51,247 nt of DNA from a virus (Duplodnaviria > Caudoviricetes). Below, in pieces: positions 36,995-46,200 of the stretch. Position 1 is the first letter of the stretch; each line of letters begins with the position of its first letter. The translations under genes were made by a program, and so were the position numbers. Location: the IMG/VR virus record IMGVR_UViG_3300005526_000002, positions 1 to 51,247 of that record, one strand, 5' to 3'. The notes below the pieces were generated by a model, which was not told the origin of the DNA, did no database searches, and worked only from the letters and a program-made list of their open reading frames with translations.

Positions 36995-37932
36995 TTATAT
37001 CCTATGTTCACAATCATCGCTGAAGCGGTAGCGTTAGTGGTATCGTTAGTAGCATAGCCGCCTGTTACGCAGATAGATATGCCGGTGGAGAAGGCCATTC
37101 CAGTAGGCCAAAAATCCAGAATACCAGCACCATTGGTGGAGAAGGGAATGGCGTTCTGATAGACAAGATTAGTTGCGGAATTACACCCATTGAAGCCGGA
37201 TGCAGCATTGTAAAGACGAACATATTGAACAGTCGTCTGCGTAGCATTGCCGGTAATGGAAATCTTGTAAACCTGACCTGCACCGTTCTTGATATTGGCG
37301 TGGTTGTCTGATGCAGTTGGCTGCACGTTGTAAACCGACAAACCGCCTGCGGTCACCGGCAATTCGTTAACTGCTAATTGACCAGACGCACCACCGCTAA
37401 CGGCCGTACCACCAACCGCCGTGATGTTGGTCGCGGTACCCTGTGTTCCAATAGGTGGCTGGTTTGACCCGGCTGATGCGTTAAGTGTAACGCTTGCTGT
37501 GCCGCTAGAAAAAGCAGTCATGCGCGAGCGAACAAGCTGGTAACCGGCAGATTGACAAGTCCATGTGCCGTTAGCGCTACCGCCAGTAACGATGATACCA
37601 GTTGATGGTACCACACACGGAATGGAAACGAAGTTGGTACCGTCTACCGAGCCTTCAAAGACGAAAGTCATACCAGAACCGGTACCGCGAACGTCGATAC
37701 CGGTCGAACCGGAACCTTGTGAGTTAACGGTAACGCTAGTAGTACCAGTGACGTTCGTTGGACCGGAAATTACATCGTTTGGTGGTGCGTTAATCGTAAT
37801 CTTCTGACCATTTGCGCTGATCTGACCGGAACTGTTAACAGCTTGACTGTGAACACCAACCGTTGTTGCAATTAGCAATGGCGCGAGAATAAATCCTAGC
37901 AGAGTGTACTGTGCTATACGTAATTTATTCAT
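36991..37932 (-). CDS. Exported or membrane-anchored protein, paralog family A
   Basis: N-terminal hydrophobic signal; FEGSVDGTNF domain; C-domain VQPTASDNHANIKNGAG. Confidence 0.75.
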   Translation of the reverse strand: MNKLRIAQYTLLGFILAPLLIATTVGVHSQAVNSSGQISANGQKITINAPPNDVISGPTNVTGTTSVTVNSQGSGSTGIDVRGTGSGMTFVFEGSVDGTNFVSIPCVVPSTGIIVTGGSANGTWTCQSAGYQLVRSRMTAFSSGTASVTLNASAGSNQPPIGTQGTATNITAVGGTAVSGGASGQLAVNELPVTAGGLSVYNVQPTASDNHANIKNGAGQVYKISITGNATQTTVQYVRLYNAASGFNGCNSATNLVYQNAIPFSTNGAGILDFWPTGMAFSTGISICVTGGYATNDTTNATASAMIVNIGYK

Positions 37933-38684
37933 TGCACGGACCCTGAAATAAAGGCGGTAATGACACCAGTAGTTTTTGTAAAGCATGTTGTTGCTGAAGT
38001 CACTACGGCTGTGATGCCTGTAGAAAATACACCCGGCGGTCCCGGTGCGTAGTTGAGAGAAGCAAACCCATTAGCTGATAGCGGTACACATGCTAACGGA
38101 GTAACCGCGCCATCAACTGGTGCGGAAGTCGCATTTATTAGCAACAAAAATCCATTTGTTGATGTGAGATTTGTTGCGTACACCGCATAAGCGTTGCCCG
38201 CGCCAGCTTTTAGAACGTGGCTAGCTTCAGCCGCAGCGGAAACAACCGGCGTGATGCCAATAGCTGACGAAGACGATGGAGTGATGTTTGCGGTCACCGT
38301 GCCGGAAACAACCCAAGGCGAAGTACCTTGGTTGACCGTGCCGATAACTTTTGTAGTTTCAGCATTCAACGTGGTCGTTGTGAGTATGGGTGTCATGGCT
38401 GCGATACCCTGCACCGTCACCACACCTGTCGCAGCCGTTCCCGCCGTTCCCTGACCCGCAACAACCCAAGGCGTGGTACCCTGCGTTACCGAACCTCCGC
38501 CGCCACCACTAGCTACGCAAAGCGTTCCAGTAAGGTCTTGCGTTACTGGATAGGTAACGCCAGCAGTCAATGTTTGCGCGCCGCAAGTTGCTACTGCCTT
38601 GGCGAAAGCACCAGCGGTCCCGGTTTGCGCGTATGCGGGACCGCTAGCTAGCAGCAACGCAATGATGAAAAGTTTTTTCAACAT
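37929..38684 (-). CDS. Exported protein, paralog family A
   Basis: Signal MLKKLFIIALLLASGPAYA-Q; two QGT.PWVV repeats; LKAGAG...FSTGIT C-domain. Confidence 0.8.
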   Translation of the reverse strand: MLKKLFIIALLLASGPAYAQTGTAGAFAKAVATCGAQTLTAGVTYPVTQDLTGTLCVASGGGGGSVTQGTTPWVVAGQGTAGTAATGVVTVQGIAAMTPILTTTTLNAETTKVIGTVNQGTSPWVVSGTVTANITPSSSSAIGITPVVSAAAEASHVLKAGAGNAYAVYATNLTSTNGFLLLINATSAPVDGAVTPLACVPLSANGFASLNYAPGPPGVFSTGITAVVTSATTCFTKTTGVITAFISGSVQ

Positions 38685-38687
38685 ACT

Positions 38688-39146
38688 TCAGCTTCCCGAA
38701 TAAAGGACGTAAACAACGTCATTAGTACCGAGCGTGATAGTAACTGGATTGGTAGCCACAGTGACAGTGGAAAACGAAATTTGCGCACCTTGCTGGTAAA
38801 TCGCAAAACCGGCACCCTGCGCAATCATCACGCCAGCGCTACCGACTTGATTTATTCCGAAAGACAAACTAGCAAATCCATGCGTTAAGCTCGCCAGAGC
38901 CAAAAGTTGTGCTGTAGTTCTAGCGCCTGCCGTGTTTAGCGTGAGAATACCGGATGTGTTGCCACCACTCGCACCAGCAATAATCGCGACGTTAGTCCCG
39001 GTTGCTACGTTCGCGACTGTTGCAGCGCTGTTGTAAGTGGCAGGAATTTCGACGCCTTCAACCGAACGAATTTGCGACAACCCGGATTTGACCGCTGCCG
39101 CCATCCGCGAGTTTGGGAATAACCCAAAGATATCGACGCCAGCCAT
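38688..39146 (-). CDS. Hypothetical virion-region protein
   Basis: AGGAG RBS; 152 aa, Ala/Gly/Thr-rich. Confidence 0.7.
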   Translation of the reverse strand: MAGVDIFGLFPNSRMAAAVKSGLSQIRSVEGVEIPATYNSAATVANVATGTNVAIIAGASGGNTSGILTLNTAGARTTAQLLALASLTHGFASLSFGINQVGSAGVMIAQGAGFAIYQQGAQISFSTVTVATNPVTITLGTNDVVYVLYSGS

Positions 39147-39157
39147 TTGCTACACTC

Positions 39158-39463
39158 CTAGCGATATCCAAGGTAGATCAATTCGATCAACCCGGTAAGC
39201 TCGGTAACTCCTGATAGTGTCAAACGATACCAGCCAGCAGGCAGACGAATTTCAGCGTATCCATCAGCGGACAAAGCCGTCAAAACAGTAATGGCAAGCT
39301 GTCCACCTGACAAAACACGCTGCAACGTTGCGGTGCCCCATGCCGTAGAATGCACTGTCAAGCCATACGCACCAGCGTCAAGCCTGAAATCAACAGGAGT
39401 TGCACTGATAGCATTCCATTGCTGAAAACTTACAGGTCGGTCATTGCGTGCTGCGATAGCCAT
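39158..39463 (-). CDS. Hypothetical virion-region protein (small beta-sandwich-like)
   Basis: GAGG RBS; WGTATLQ...LPAGWYR. Confidence 0.7.
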   Translation of the reverse strand: MAIAARNDRPVSFQQWNAISATPVDFRLDAGAYGLTVHSTAWGTATLQRVLSGGQLAITVLTALSADGYAEIRLPAGWYRLTLSGVTELTGLIELIYLGYR

Positions 39464-39489
39464 TTAACCGGTCCTCTCAATGCCAGCCA

Positions 39490-40563
39490 TTAACCACTCC
39501 CCTTATTCGCACTGACCAAGGAAAAAGTTTGACTGCTAACTGCCCATCGCCGTGATAGAGCGACATATCCGCAATACTCGCGGAAACGCCCATCCATATG
39601 CCAAGAGCGCACAATACGACCCGCAACCAATGTCCCGATGAACGAAGTAACGGGTATCCACAGTGGGAACGAGTAGAAGCCCATGGTGATAAAAGCCATA
39701 AGAACAGGCCATTCACGGTCCCCTGTTCTTGACAACGCAAACGCGAAAATGGTCGCTGGCAGCAACGCCGCAATCCCAAATTCGTATGCGAGTTGTAGCA
39801 TGTCATTGTGAACAAATTCCGGATAAAGCACCTTACCGTTATCATCATATATCTGCGAAGCGAATGAACCAACTCCATTACCAAAGAAAGAAAGTTCATT
39901 CCAAGCGATAGTCCATATTTTTAAACGCACTACATCTGACGGTGAAGTAAACCACATAGCTCCCGCGCCGAGCATGATTACAGGCACTAGCAACCAAGTT
40001 CGACGCACAAACAAAGCAGTTACGCCAATCATAAGCGCCAGCCCTGCCCCGCGCGATTGCGATAACAAGATACCGGGTATTAGCGGCAACGCCAGATAAA
40101 ACATGCGTTCGGTCAGCAACGCGACAAACAATAGCGCCAGAACTCCACCTTGCGCCACGGTATTAAAGTAAATTCCCGGTATACCGCCGATATTGTTTAT
40201 AGGTAGCGGTTGATAACCGAATGCTTGAACCATGGCGATAATTGAAGACACAATACTACCAACCGCAAGACCGGCATAAGCCTGTCTAAGCGATGGGAGT
40301 GTAGAGCCTAGCCAGAAAGTCAAAGCCATGATGCAGATCAACCACAAACCATAGACACCCCCATGAACGTCCGTGTTCCATGTGAGGCTGGCGGCAGCAT
40401 ACGCAACCAGAACAAGCCCAATCCAGTGAAAGGGGGTAAGCGTGCCCTGCCGCCACAAAGTGAACGGCAGGACCGCAGATAGTACGGCGTATTGTGTTGC
40501 TATGGCTGCCCCGGTCCAGCCGGGTATGTAGCAAAGCGACACGATAGCGCCGAGCGCTAGCAC
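39490..40563 (-). CDS. O-antigen ligase / O-oligosaccharyltransferase family (Wzy_C domain) membrane protein
   Basis: About 10 hydrophobic helices; GIYFN, LSQSRGAGLAL, S...RLKIW, FFGNGVGSF, HNDMLQLAYEFGI; GTG start at 40563 just after the upstream stop. Confidence 0.85.
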   Translation of the reverse strand: MLALGAIVSLCYIPGWTGAAIATQYAVLSAVLPFTLWRQGTLTPFHWIGLVLVAYAAASLTWNTDVHGGVYGLWLICIMALTFWLGSTLPSLRQAYAGLAVGSIVSSIIAMVQAFGYQPLPINNIGGIPGIYFNTVAQGGVLALLFVALLTERMFYLALPLIPGILLSQSRGAGLALMIGVTALFVRRTWLLVPVIMLGAGAMWFTSPSDVVRLKIWTIAWNELSFFGNGVGSFASQIYDDNGKVLYPEFVHNDMLQLAYEFGIAALLPATIFAFALSRTGDREWPVLMAFITMGFYSFPLWIPVTSFIGTLVAGRIVRSWHMDGRFREYCGYVALSRRWAVSSQTFSLVSANKGSG

Positions 40564-40570
40564 GTTCCGA

Positions 40571-41125
40571 TTACCAAGAACCAATCGGGAAGGCCAGCAC
40601 GGTAGCTCCACCTTGTGCCCCGCCATATCCGCAAAGACGTGCGGACGAATAGACGGGATAGCGGGTTGGTGACGCTGTAGCACGCATGTTGAGCGGTGCG
40701 CTGATGGACGCATTGGCCGGTGGTGCGCCGGAAGTCGGACACGCCACACCCCAAGCAAGGGCGGTAGACGATGCCACGGTCATCGCAGATGACAGCGTAA
40801 CACTTGTGGTGCTGGTAGCAGTAACCGTAGTGCCAGCGGTAATGCCGGTACCGGAGATTACGCAACCAACGCAAGGCGGGTAAGTTGGCGTTGCCGTCAA
40901 CGTGAGGGCAGTAGACGAACCGGAAGTGCTGCCGACACCGGTTGAACCTCGCGTGTAGAGTTGAGCATTGCCTTCGGCGGGGAGGATTTCGAGCGGACCA
41001 TTGCCAAAATCAACCCAAGCATTATTGCTGATCGTGTACGGCTGCTTCACCGCAGTCTGAGCCAGCGCTACCCCCGGCAGAACCGCCAGCAACGCGACCA
41101 AAAGAAATTTCTTAAGCATGTTCAT
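40571..41125 (-). CDS. Exported Ser/Thr-rich protein
   Basis: AAAGGA RBS; signal MLKKFLLVALLAVLPGVALA-Q; ISGTGITAGTTV module; four Cys. Confidence 0.8.
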   Translation of the reverse strand: MNMLKKFLLVALLAVLPGVALAQTAVKQPYTISNNAWVDFGNGPLEILPAEGNAQLYTRGSTGVGSTSGSSTALTLTATPTYPPCVGCVISGTGITAGTTVTATSTTSVTLSSAMTVASSTALAWGVACPTSGAPPANASISAPLNMRATASPTRYPVYSSARLCGYGGAQGGATVLAFPIGSW

Positions 41126-41148
41126 AGTTCCTTTGTGTTGCGTTGCGA

Positions 41149-41880
41149 TTAGTCGGCTACGAAGCCGCCGCTGCCACGGAAATGACGGGTACGGTTGAAG
41201 CTGACCTTGGCAATGAAGCCTGCGGCCGTTGTGTCGTTGCCAATTTCCTCGCCGCTTGAAAGAACGCGGAGCGGAAGTGTTGACGTGGTGGCGAGTGTTG
41301 CGTTGAGCGAAACACCGGAAGTGCCGAAACGCGCGGCTGCCTGACCGGCGTTTTCCTGTACGTCTGCGCCTGACATGAGTTGCAGATTGAATGCAGGACT
41401 TGGGACGGTTGGCATTGTGATGTAGCACTCAACATCCGGGTCGGTTTCGACGTAAACCCATGCTTCGGTCGAAGCCGGGATGTACTGGAAACCGTTCTTC
41501 GCCATGTAAAGCGTGATCGGGCCAAAACCGACAACGACGCCTGCAATGACGTTGGTGGTGTCACCAGCTACCCAACGAATAACGTTCGGAGCCATCGCAG
41601 TATTACCAAGACCGGAACCGCCACCGTTTCCAATAACAACCGAAGTTGCCGAAGGTGAAGCAATGTTTTCCGGCAAATCCGCGCCGCCTTGCGTGCCAAC
41701 TCCTGCACTGGCGAGCACAACGATATCACCACGAAAAGTAGCAACGCCGTTTTGCGAAGGAACGTGAAAGATTTTAACGGATGCGTGCATTGGATCACCG
41801 CTGCCAAGATTGACCGGCACCAGCCCGCAGTAATGTCGGAAACCTCCACCGAGAGTTCCCGCGTTGACGATGTTAACCAT
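41149..41880 (-). CDS. Putative capsid cement/decoration protein
   Basis: GL.PV, F.GD.V, GVVVG, YIPAST..YV..DPD, GTSG..L, LPLRVL pattern of proteins usually encoded just before gpT-like capsids; GAGGG RBS. Confidence 0.65.
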   Translation of the reverse strand: MVNIVNAGTLGGGFRHYCGLVPVNLGSGDPMHASVKIFHVPSQNGVATFRGDIVVLASAGVGTQGGADLPENIASPSATSVVIGNGGGSGLGNTAMAPNVIRWVAGDTTNVIAGVVVGFGPITLYMAKNGFQYIPASTEAWVYVETDPDVECYITMPTVPSPAFNLQLMSGADVQENAGQAAARFGTSGVSLNATLATTSTLPLRVLSSGEEIGNDTTAAGFIAKVSFNRTRHFRGSGGFVAD

Positions 41881-41921
41881 ATTCGGTTCCCTCATTTGGG
41901 GTTTGAAAAAGTCCAAGTGAC

Positions 41922-41950
41922 TTGACTGTAGACTAGTATTCCTGTATACA
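41922..41950 (+). promoter_or_regulatory. TTGACT element with TGTATACA palindrome at a divergent junction
   Basis: TTGACT 41922-27; TGTATACA 41943-50. Confidence 0.5.
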
Positions 41951-41981
41951 AAAACAGTATTTCAAAAGAACGGCATAGTGC

Positions 41982-42368
41982 GTGAAAAAGTCACAAAAAA
42001 CATACCTTTACCGGCATTTTGATGCTTCTGGCGTCTTAATTTACGTAGGAGCAACTTGGAACCCGGCATTACGTGACCGCGTACACGCAAAAGAAAGTCA
42101 GTGGTATCGCTTAGTCGCGTCCACCACTTTAGAAGTTTATCCTAATGTCGAAGCAGCGGCAGAAGCTGAAATTATCGCTATCGAAAAAGAACACCCTTTA
42201 TTCAATAAACGTGAAGGTGGTGTTGGGTTACGAAAAGATCGTGAACAGACGACAGTATTATCTTTTCGCATAAGTATCACAGAAGCCGATGCGCTTGACA
42301 AAGTAGCAAAACGATTACGCATTAATCGTACTGATATGCTAAGACGTTTACTTAGAAACCTAAAATAA
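41982..42368 (+). CDS. GIY-YIG-like domain fused to a C-terminal ribbon-helix-helix-like domain
   Basis: YLYRHFD..GVLIYVG...R...H...E...I....PLFN; then VLSFRI...LDKVA...RTDMLR. Confidence 0.7.
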   Translation: MKKSQKTYLYRHFDASGVLIYVGATWNPALRDRVHAKESQWYRLVASTTLEVYPNVEAAAEAEIIAIEKEHPLFNKREGGVGLRKDREQTTVLSFRISITEADALDKVAKRLRINRTDMLRRLLRNLK

Positions 42369-42381
42369 GGGGAGTATGTGA

Positions 42382-42567
42382 ATGTACCGTTTAAACATGC
42401 AGATTGGTGCTTTGATGCAGCATGTGATTTTTTCCGATAACGCAAGCGCTATGAATGCTTTGACAAAAATATATAAAGGTAAACAAGAAGGTTGGAAATC
42501 CTGCCCAATTAACGATAGCGTACTAGTTGACCCGAATGCAGTATTATTTGCGGAGGTCAAACCATGA
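42382..42567 (+). CDS. Hypothetical protein
   Basis: GGGGAG RBS; coupled to the next gene. Confidence 0.55.
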   Translation: MYRLNMQIGALMQHVIFSDNASAMNALTKIYKGKQEGWKSCPINDSVLVDPNAVLFAEVKP

Positions 42568-42755
42568 TAGAACATGATCTCAAAAATTTACTCGATAACG
42601 CCAAGCGGATACCGCTAACGGATGAAGAAAACGAGTATTTTCCGATTGCTCCTAATTATTGGGCAGCAAAAATCAGCGAACGAACCGGGATACCGCTATC
42701 GTCCGGTCGTATAGCACATGCTCCTTCACTCAAATGCTTGCTAGTGGTGGACTAG
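42564..42755 (+). CDS. Hypothetical protein
   Basis: GGAGG RBS. Confidence 0.6.
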   Translation: MIEHDLKNLLDNAKRIPLTDEENEYFPIAPNYWAAKISERTGIPLSSGRIAHAPSLKCLLVVD

Positions 42756-42959
42756 ATGCACGTCCTGATCGGAATTGCCATCTTCGTTGGATTTGTTGCC
42801 TTCGCATTCGGTGAAAGCGCTGCCCGTGGTTTTGTGCAAGGGCTTTTCATTTTACTGGTGTGTATCGCCGCGTTTGTTGCTTTTGATTTTTACAGTGCGC
42901 GGTACCAAACAAAGACGCAAGAGCGGCTGGTTTGTCTCTCAACACAATGCTTGAAATAG
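42756..42959 (+). CDS. Small two-TM membrane protein
   Basis: Two hydrophobic helices; stop abuts a convergent gene. Confidence 0.6.
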   Translation: MHVLIGIAIFVGFVAFAFGESAARGFVQGLFILLVCIAAFVAFDFYSARYQTKTQERLVCLSTQCLK

Positions 42960-43277
42960 CTAGTCAAGATAATCTTCAAGTGATTTAAGCGGTATCGGTT
43001 CGGCTTTCTGTACCCAAGAGCGCGTTTCCTGCCGCAAAGCTACGCGAGCAATATCAGGACCGCGACCGGTGGCGATCAGAAAACTTTCGTAAGAGTGTTG
43101 GCGTTTGTTGTCTGCTATCGCGTATTCGCGCGGGTTGGCTTTGACGTACAGTTCGGCTTCCTCGGTTGTCCAACCCGCGTGTCCAGCCGCAGCCTTGTCG
43201 GTATGACCAATGCCTATCGCTTCCAGAAACAAATCTGAAGGCATCCTGATCTGCTGGAATGGGTTGGTGAATATCAT
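42960..43277 (-). CDS. Hypothetical protein, candidate terminase small subunit
   Basis: FLEAI..G.T...AA..AG HTH-like start; 105 aa; no other TerS candidate seen. Confidence 0.4.
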   Translation of the reverse strand: MIFTNPFQQIRMPSDLFLEAIGIGHTDKAAAGHAGWTTEEAELYVKANPREYAIADNKRQHSYESFLIATGRGPDIARVALRQETRSWVQKAEPIPLKSLEDYLD

Positions 43278-46200
43278 CGTGCTAGTTGTCCACCAACGCT
43301 GCTACCGATTGTAGCACCAGCCCTGCGGGCAAACGACGCCTTGGCTTCGCGGTCTACCAGATCGCTGAATTTCACCACGGCACCTGCACCACGCTTTGCC
43401 ATGTAATCGCGTAGCATCTGACCAGCTTTGACAGTGGAAACTGTTGCAGCCGCAGCAGTACCAACTACTGGAATATAGTGCAGAGTAGCTGCGCCTGCCA
43501 AAACTGCCGCACCAACCCCCAAGCGTTTGCCAAGACTTTTTTCCATTTCAACTAACGAACGAACCATGCGTTTTGCTGCCGGGTCATTAGCCGCGAGTGC
43601 ATCGAATGCTGCCTGTGCTTCGCGACCTTTCTGGCCGCCTTGTGCGATAGCCTTAACGATATCGCCGTCACCGCTAGCGGTCATGGCACGCGCATAGCGA
43701 ACGTCCGCAGCTTCAAGACGCTGAATAATTGCGTCTGCCTTCGGTCCCATGACATGTCTTGCCAGTTTTTCCTGTTGCGTGCGGATGCTGTCTGCCATAT
43801 CTCGCATGGCTTGTGCAGCTTCGCCTTTGTTGGTTGCGGTACTGGCTAGTGCGTCACGTTCACCTTTCAGCAATTCCGAACGCGCCTGCCCAAGCTGTTC
43901 CCATTTCTGTCCCCATGACTTGGCGGGTGCAGTCACGGCGATTTCCGCATGCTGCGCAACGCCAGCATATCTTTCTGGAACGGTGCCACTTGGATTTGCT
44001 GGCGTGCGGATGGTGGACATAGGACCATCCGTCAAAGCTGGCGATGCCTTCGGTGCACCAACACCGGCAGCGGTTACGTCGCTCTTGATAGCCTCATATT
44101 CCTTGCCAACTTTCGCGCGTTCTACTTCAGCCGGTCGCTGCGCCAGTGCTTCGCCTTTCGGCATGCCAGCTTCAACTGCGCGGTAGTCATGTGCAGCCTG
44201 TTCCGGGTCTTTGCCGATACTTTTCAACGATTGCACGGCTTTTTTGTATTCGGGATTATCGACCATCTTTCCGGCAGCACCGGCAATTTTTGGTTCCTGC
44301 GTCGCCACTACCTTTGCAGCATCAAGCATTTCAGCTTTGGCAACAGGACTAAATTTGCTCCACATAGCGTGTCCAAACACGCCAGCACCTTCGCCAAGAG
44401 TTGCACCGGCTGCGCCACCAACACCGGCATTGATGATATCGCCTGCGTCTGCACCTTCCGCTGCCGCGATACCAGCTTGTCCTAAACCGCCTGCGGCGAC
44501 ACGCGCAGCCATCGCAGCCGGTCCTGCGCCGGGGATCGCCATGGGTAGCGCTTCGACCACGCCTTTGCCTGCCGCACCAACGTAGCCGGGAATGGTTTGC
44601 TGTTCCGGCGTACCGGTGAAATAGTTTTTGACAGCGCCACCGGCTGCACCGCCTGCCAGCGTCCCTGCTACCGGCGAGACAACCGAACCGGCAACCGCGC
44701 CCAATGCAGGCGCGATGTTAGCGGCATTTTGCGTTGCGTTCGCAGCCATCTTGGCACGCTGCGCGGCAAAACTTTCCTTATTGGCGTTGTACGCCGCAAC
44801 TTGCTCCGGTGTCGGCTGCTTGTCCGCGTTCATCACGGCTTGATAACGCGCCTTGACTTCGCCAACAGTTGGGTTGCCTTTGAAGAACAACGGGTTGTTA
44901 TCCGCAGCTTCCTTTCCGACTACATCTCGCGCCTTGGCGTTATCCGGCGCGGAAATAAACTTGACTGCACCGGCCGAGCCAAGATTATGCGCAACATATG
45001 CGGTGGTATCGTTAACCGGGATACCGGCTTTTGCCAATGCTGCTGTGTTTTTGTTAGTGAGATTGTTGGCGGCTTCTGTCTGTTGCTGTGGAGTAGCATC
45101 CGCAGCACGGGCAGGCGCACCGGCTGGCTTGTTTTCGTTCCAAGTGGCATTGGTAAATTGAAACGCACCGCTTGCGCTGGTTGTGCTGGCAGTTGCATCC
45201 CATCTACCGCCGCTTTCAACCTTGGCGGTTTTAATCAGGTAGTCGGGAGAAACGCCGCGATTTGGATTACTCCCGCCGCCAATTGTGGAGGGCACCGTGG
45301 CAGCGGAAGTTTCCGGCGGTACGGCAGGAGTACCGGAAGCACCATTAGCAGGCGGTATCGCCTTTGGCAAGCCAGCCGCATACGAACCGGCCGGGATCAT
45401 GCCGGGCACGCGAGCATCTTGGGGTAAGAAAATGCGCCGGTCGCCTTTTATGATAGCGGGATACTTGTCCATATCCAGCTTGGCTTTTTGCGTAGCTTCG
45501 TCGTACACATCCTTGACAGTTGCTTGACTTTCCTTGTCCAAACCGGTCTTATTCAAGTCGATACCAGCACGTCCAGCCGTTTCAATTGGCTGTCCGATAC
45601 GACCGAGTTCATTTTTATTTGTTTGCAATTCAAAAGCAGCAATATCCTTAAAACCTTGTATGCTGGCAGGCGTCATGCGCGGCTGTAGTTTTGGTACTTC
45701 GCCTTTCATGCCACCATCAACCCATGCGCGGTACGCAGCATAGTTTTTTGTAGCTGAATTTAAAAAGCTATCTACGCTACCATACTTGGCATCAAGCATT
45801 TTGGTCAGGCCAATGCTACCCGCTGCTTTCGATCCTTCCGCGAGATCGCGACCGATAGCACCTAGTTTGTCTGAAAGCAGCGCTTCACCCGTTGCGCTTT
45901 CAAACATTTTTGGGTTGTTCGCAGTTAAATAGAAGTCTTTCGATATTTTGTACTTGGCAATCGCGCCTTTAATTTCTTCCGCCGCAAGTTGTTCGCGGAC
46001 AGTTTTTACCTGTTCCGGTGTGGAGTTGCTCCAAGTCTTTCCATAGTTTCCAATATCTTTCGATCCCGGCTGCGCCAAACCTCCTTGTGCGCCGCCTGCA
46101 CCCGGTAACGCTACCGCTTTCAGATTTGGAATTTCCTCGCCGTTGCTGAAACTGATCTGCCCGGTGACTGCCTTGGCTGCTTTTTCGTCGGCAATCGGTA

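Noticed and set aside
40564-41428. Long N-terminal extensions in the ORF track for 39490..40758 and 40571..41428 (likewise 36991..37986 and 27993..29504)
   Set aside because: Extensions overlap upstream genes; downstream starts have RBS or translational coupling and expose signal peptides or TM helices
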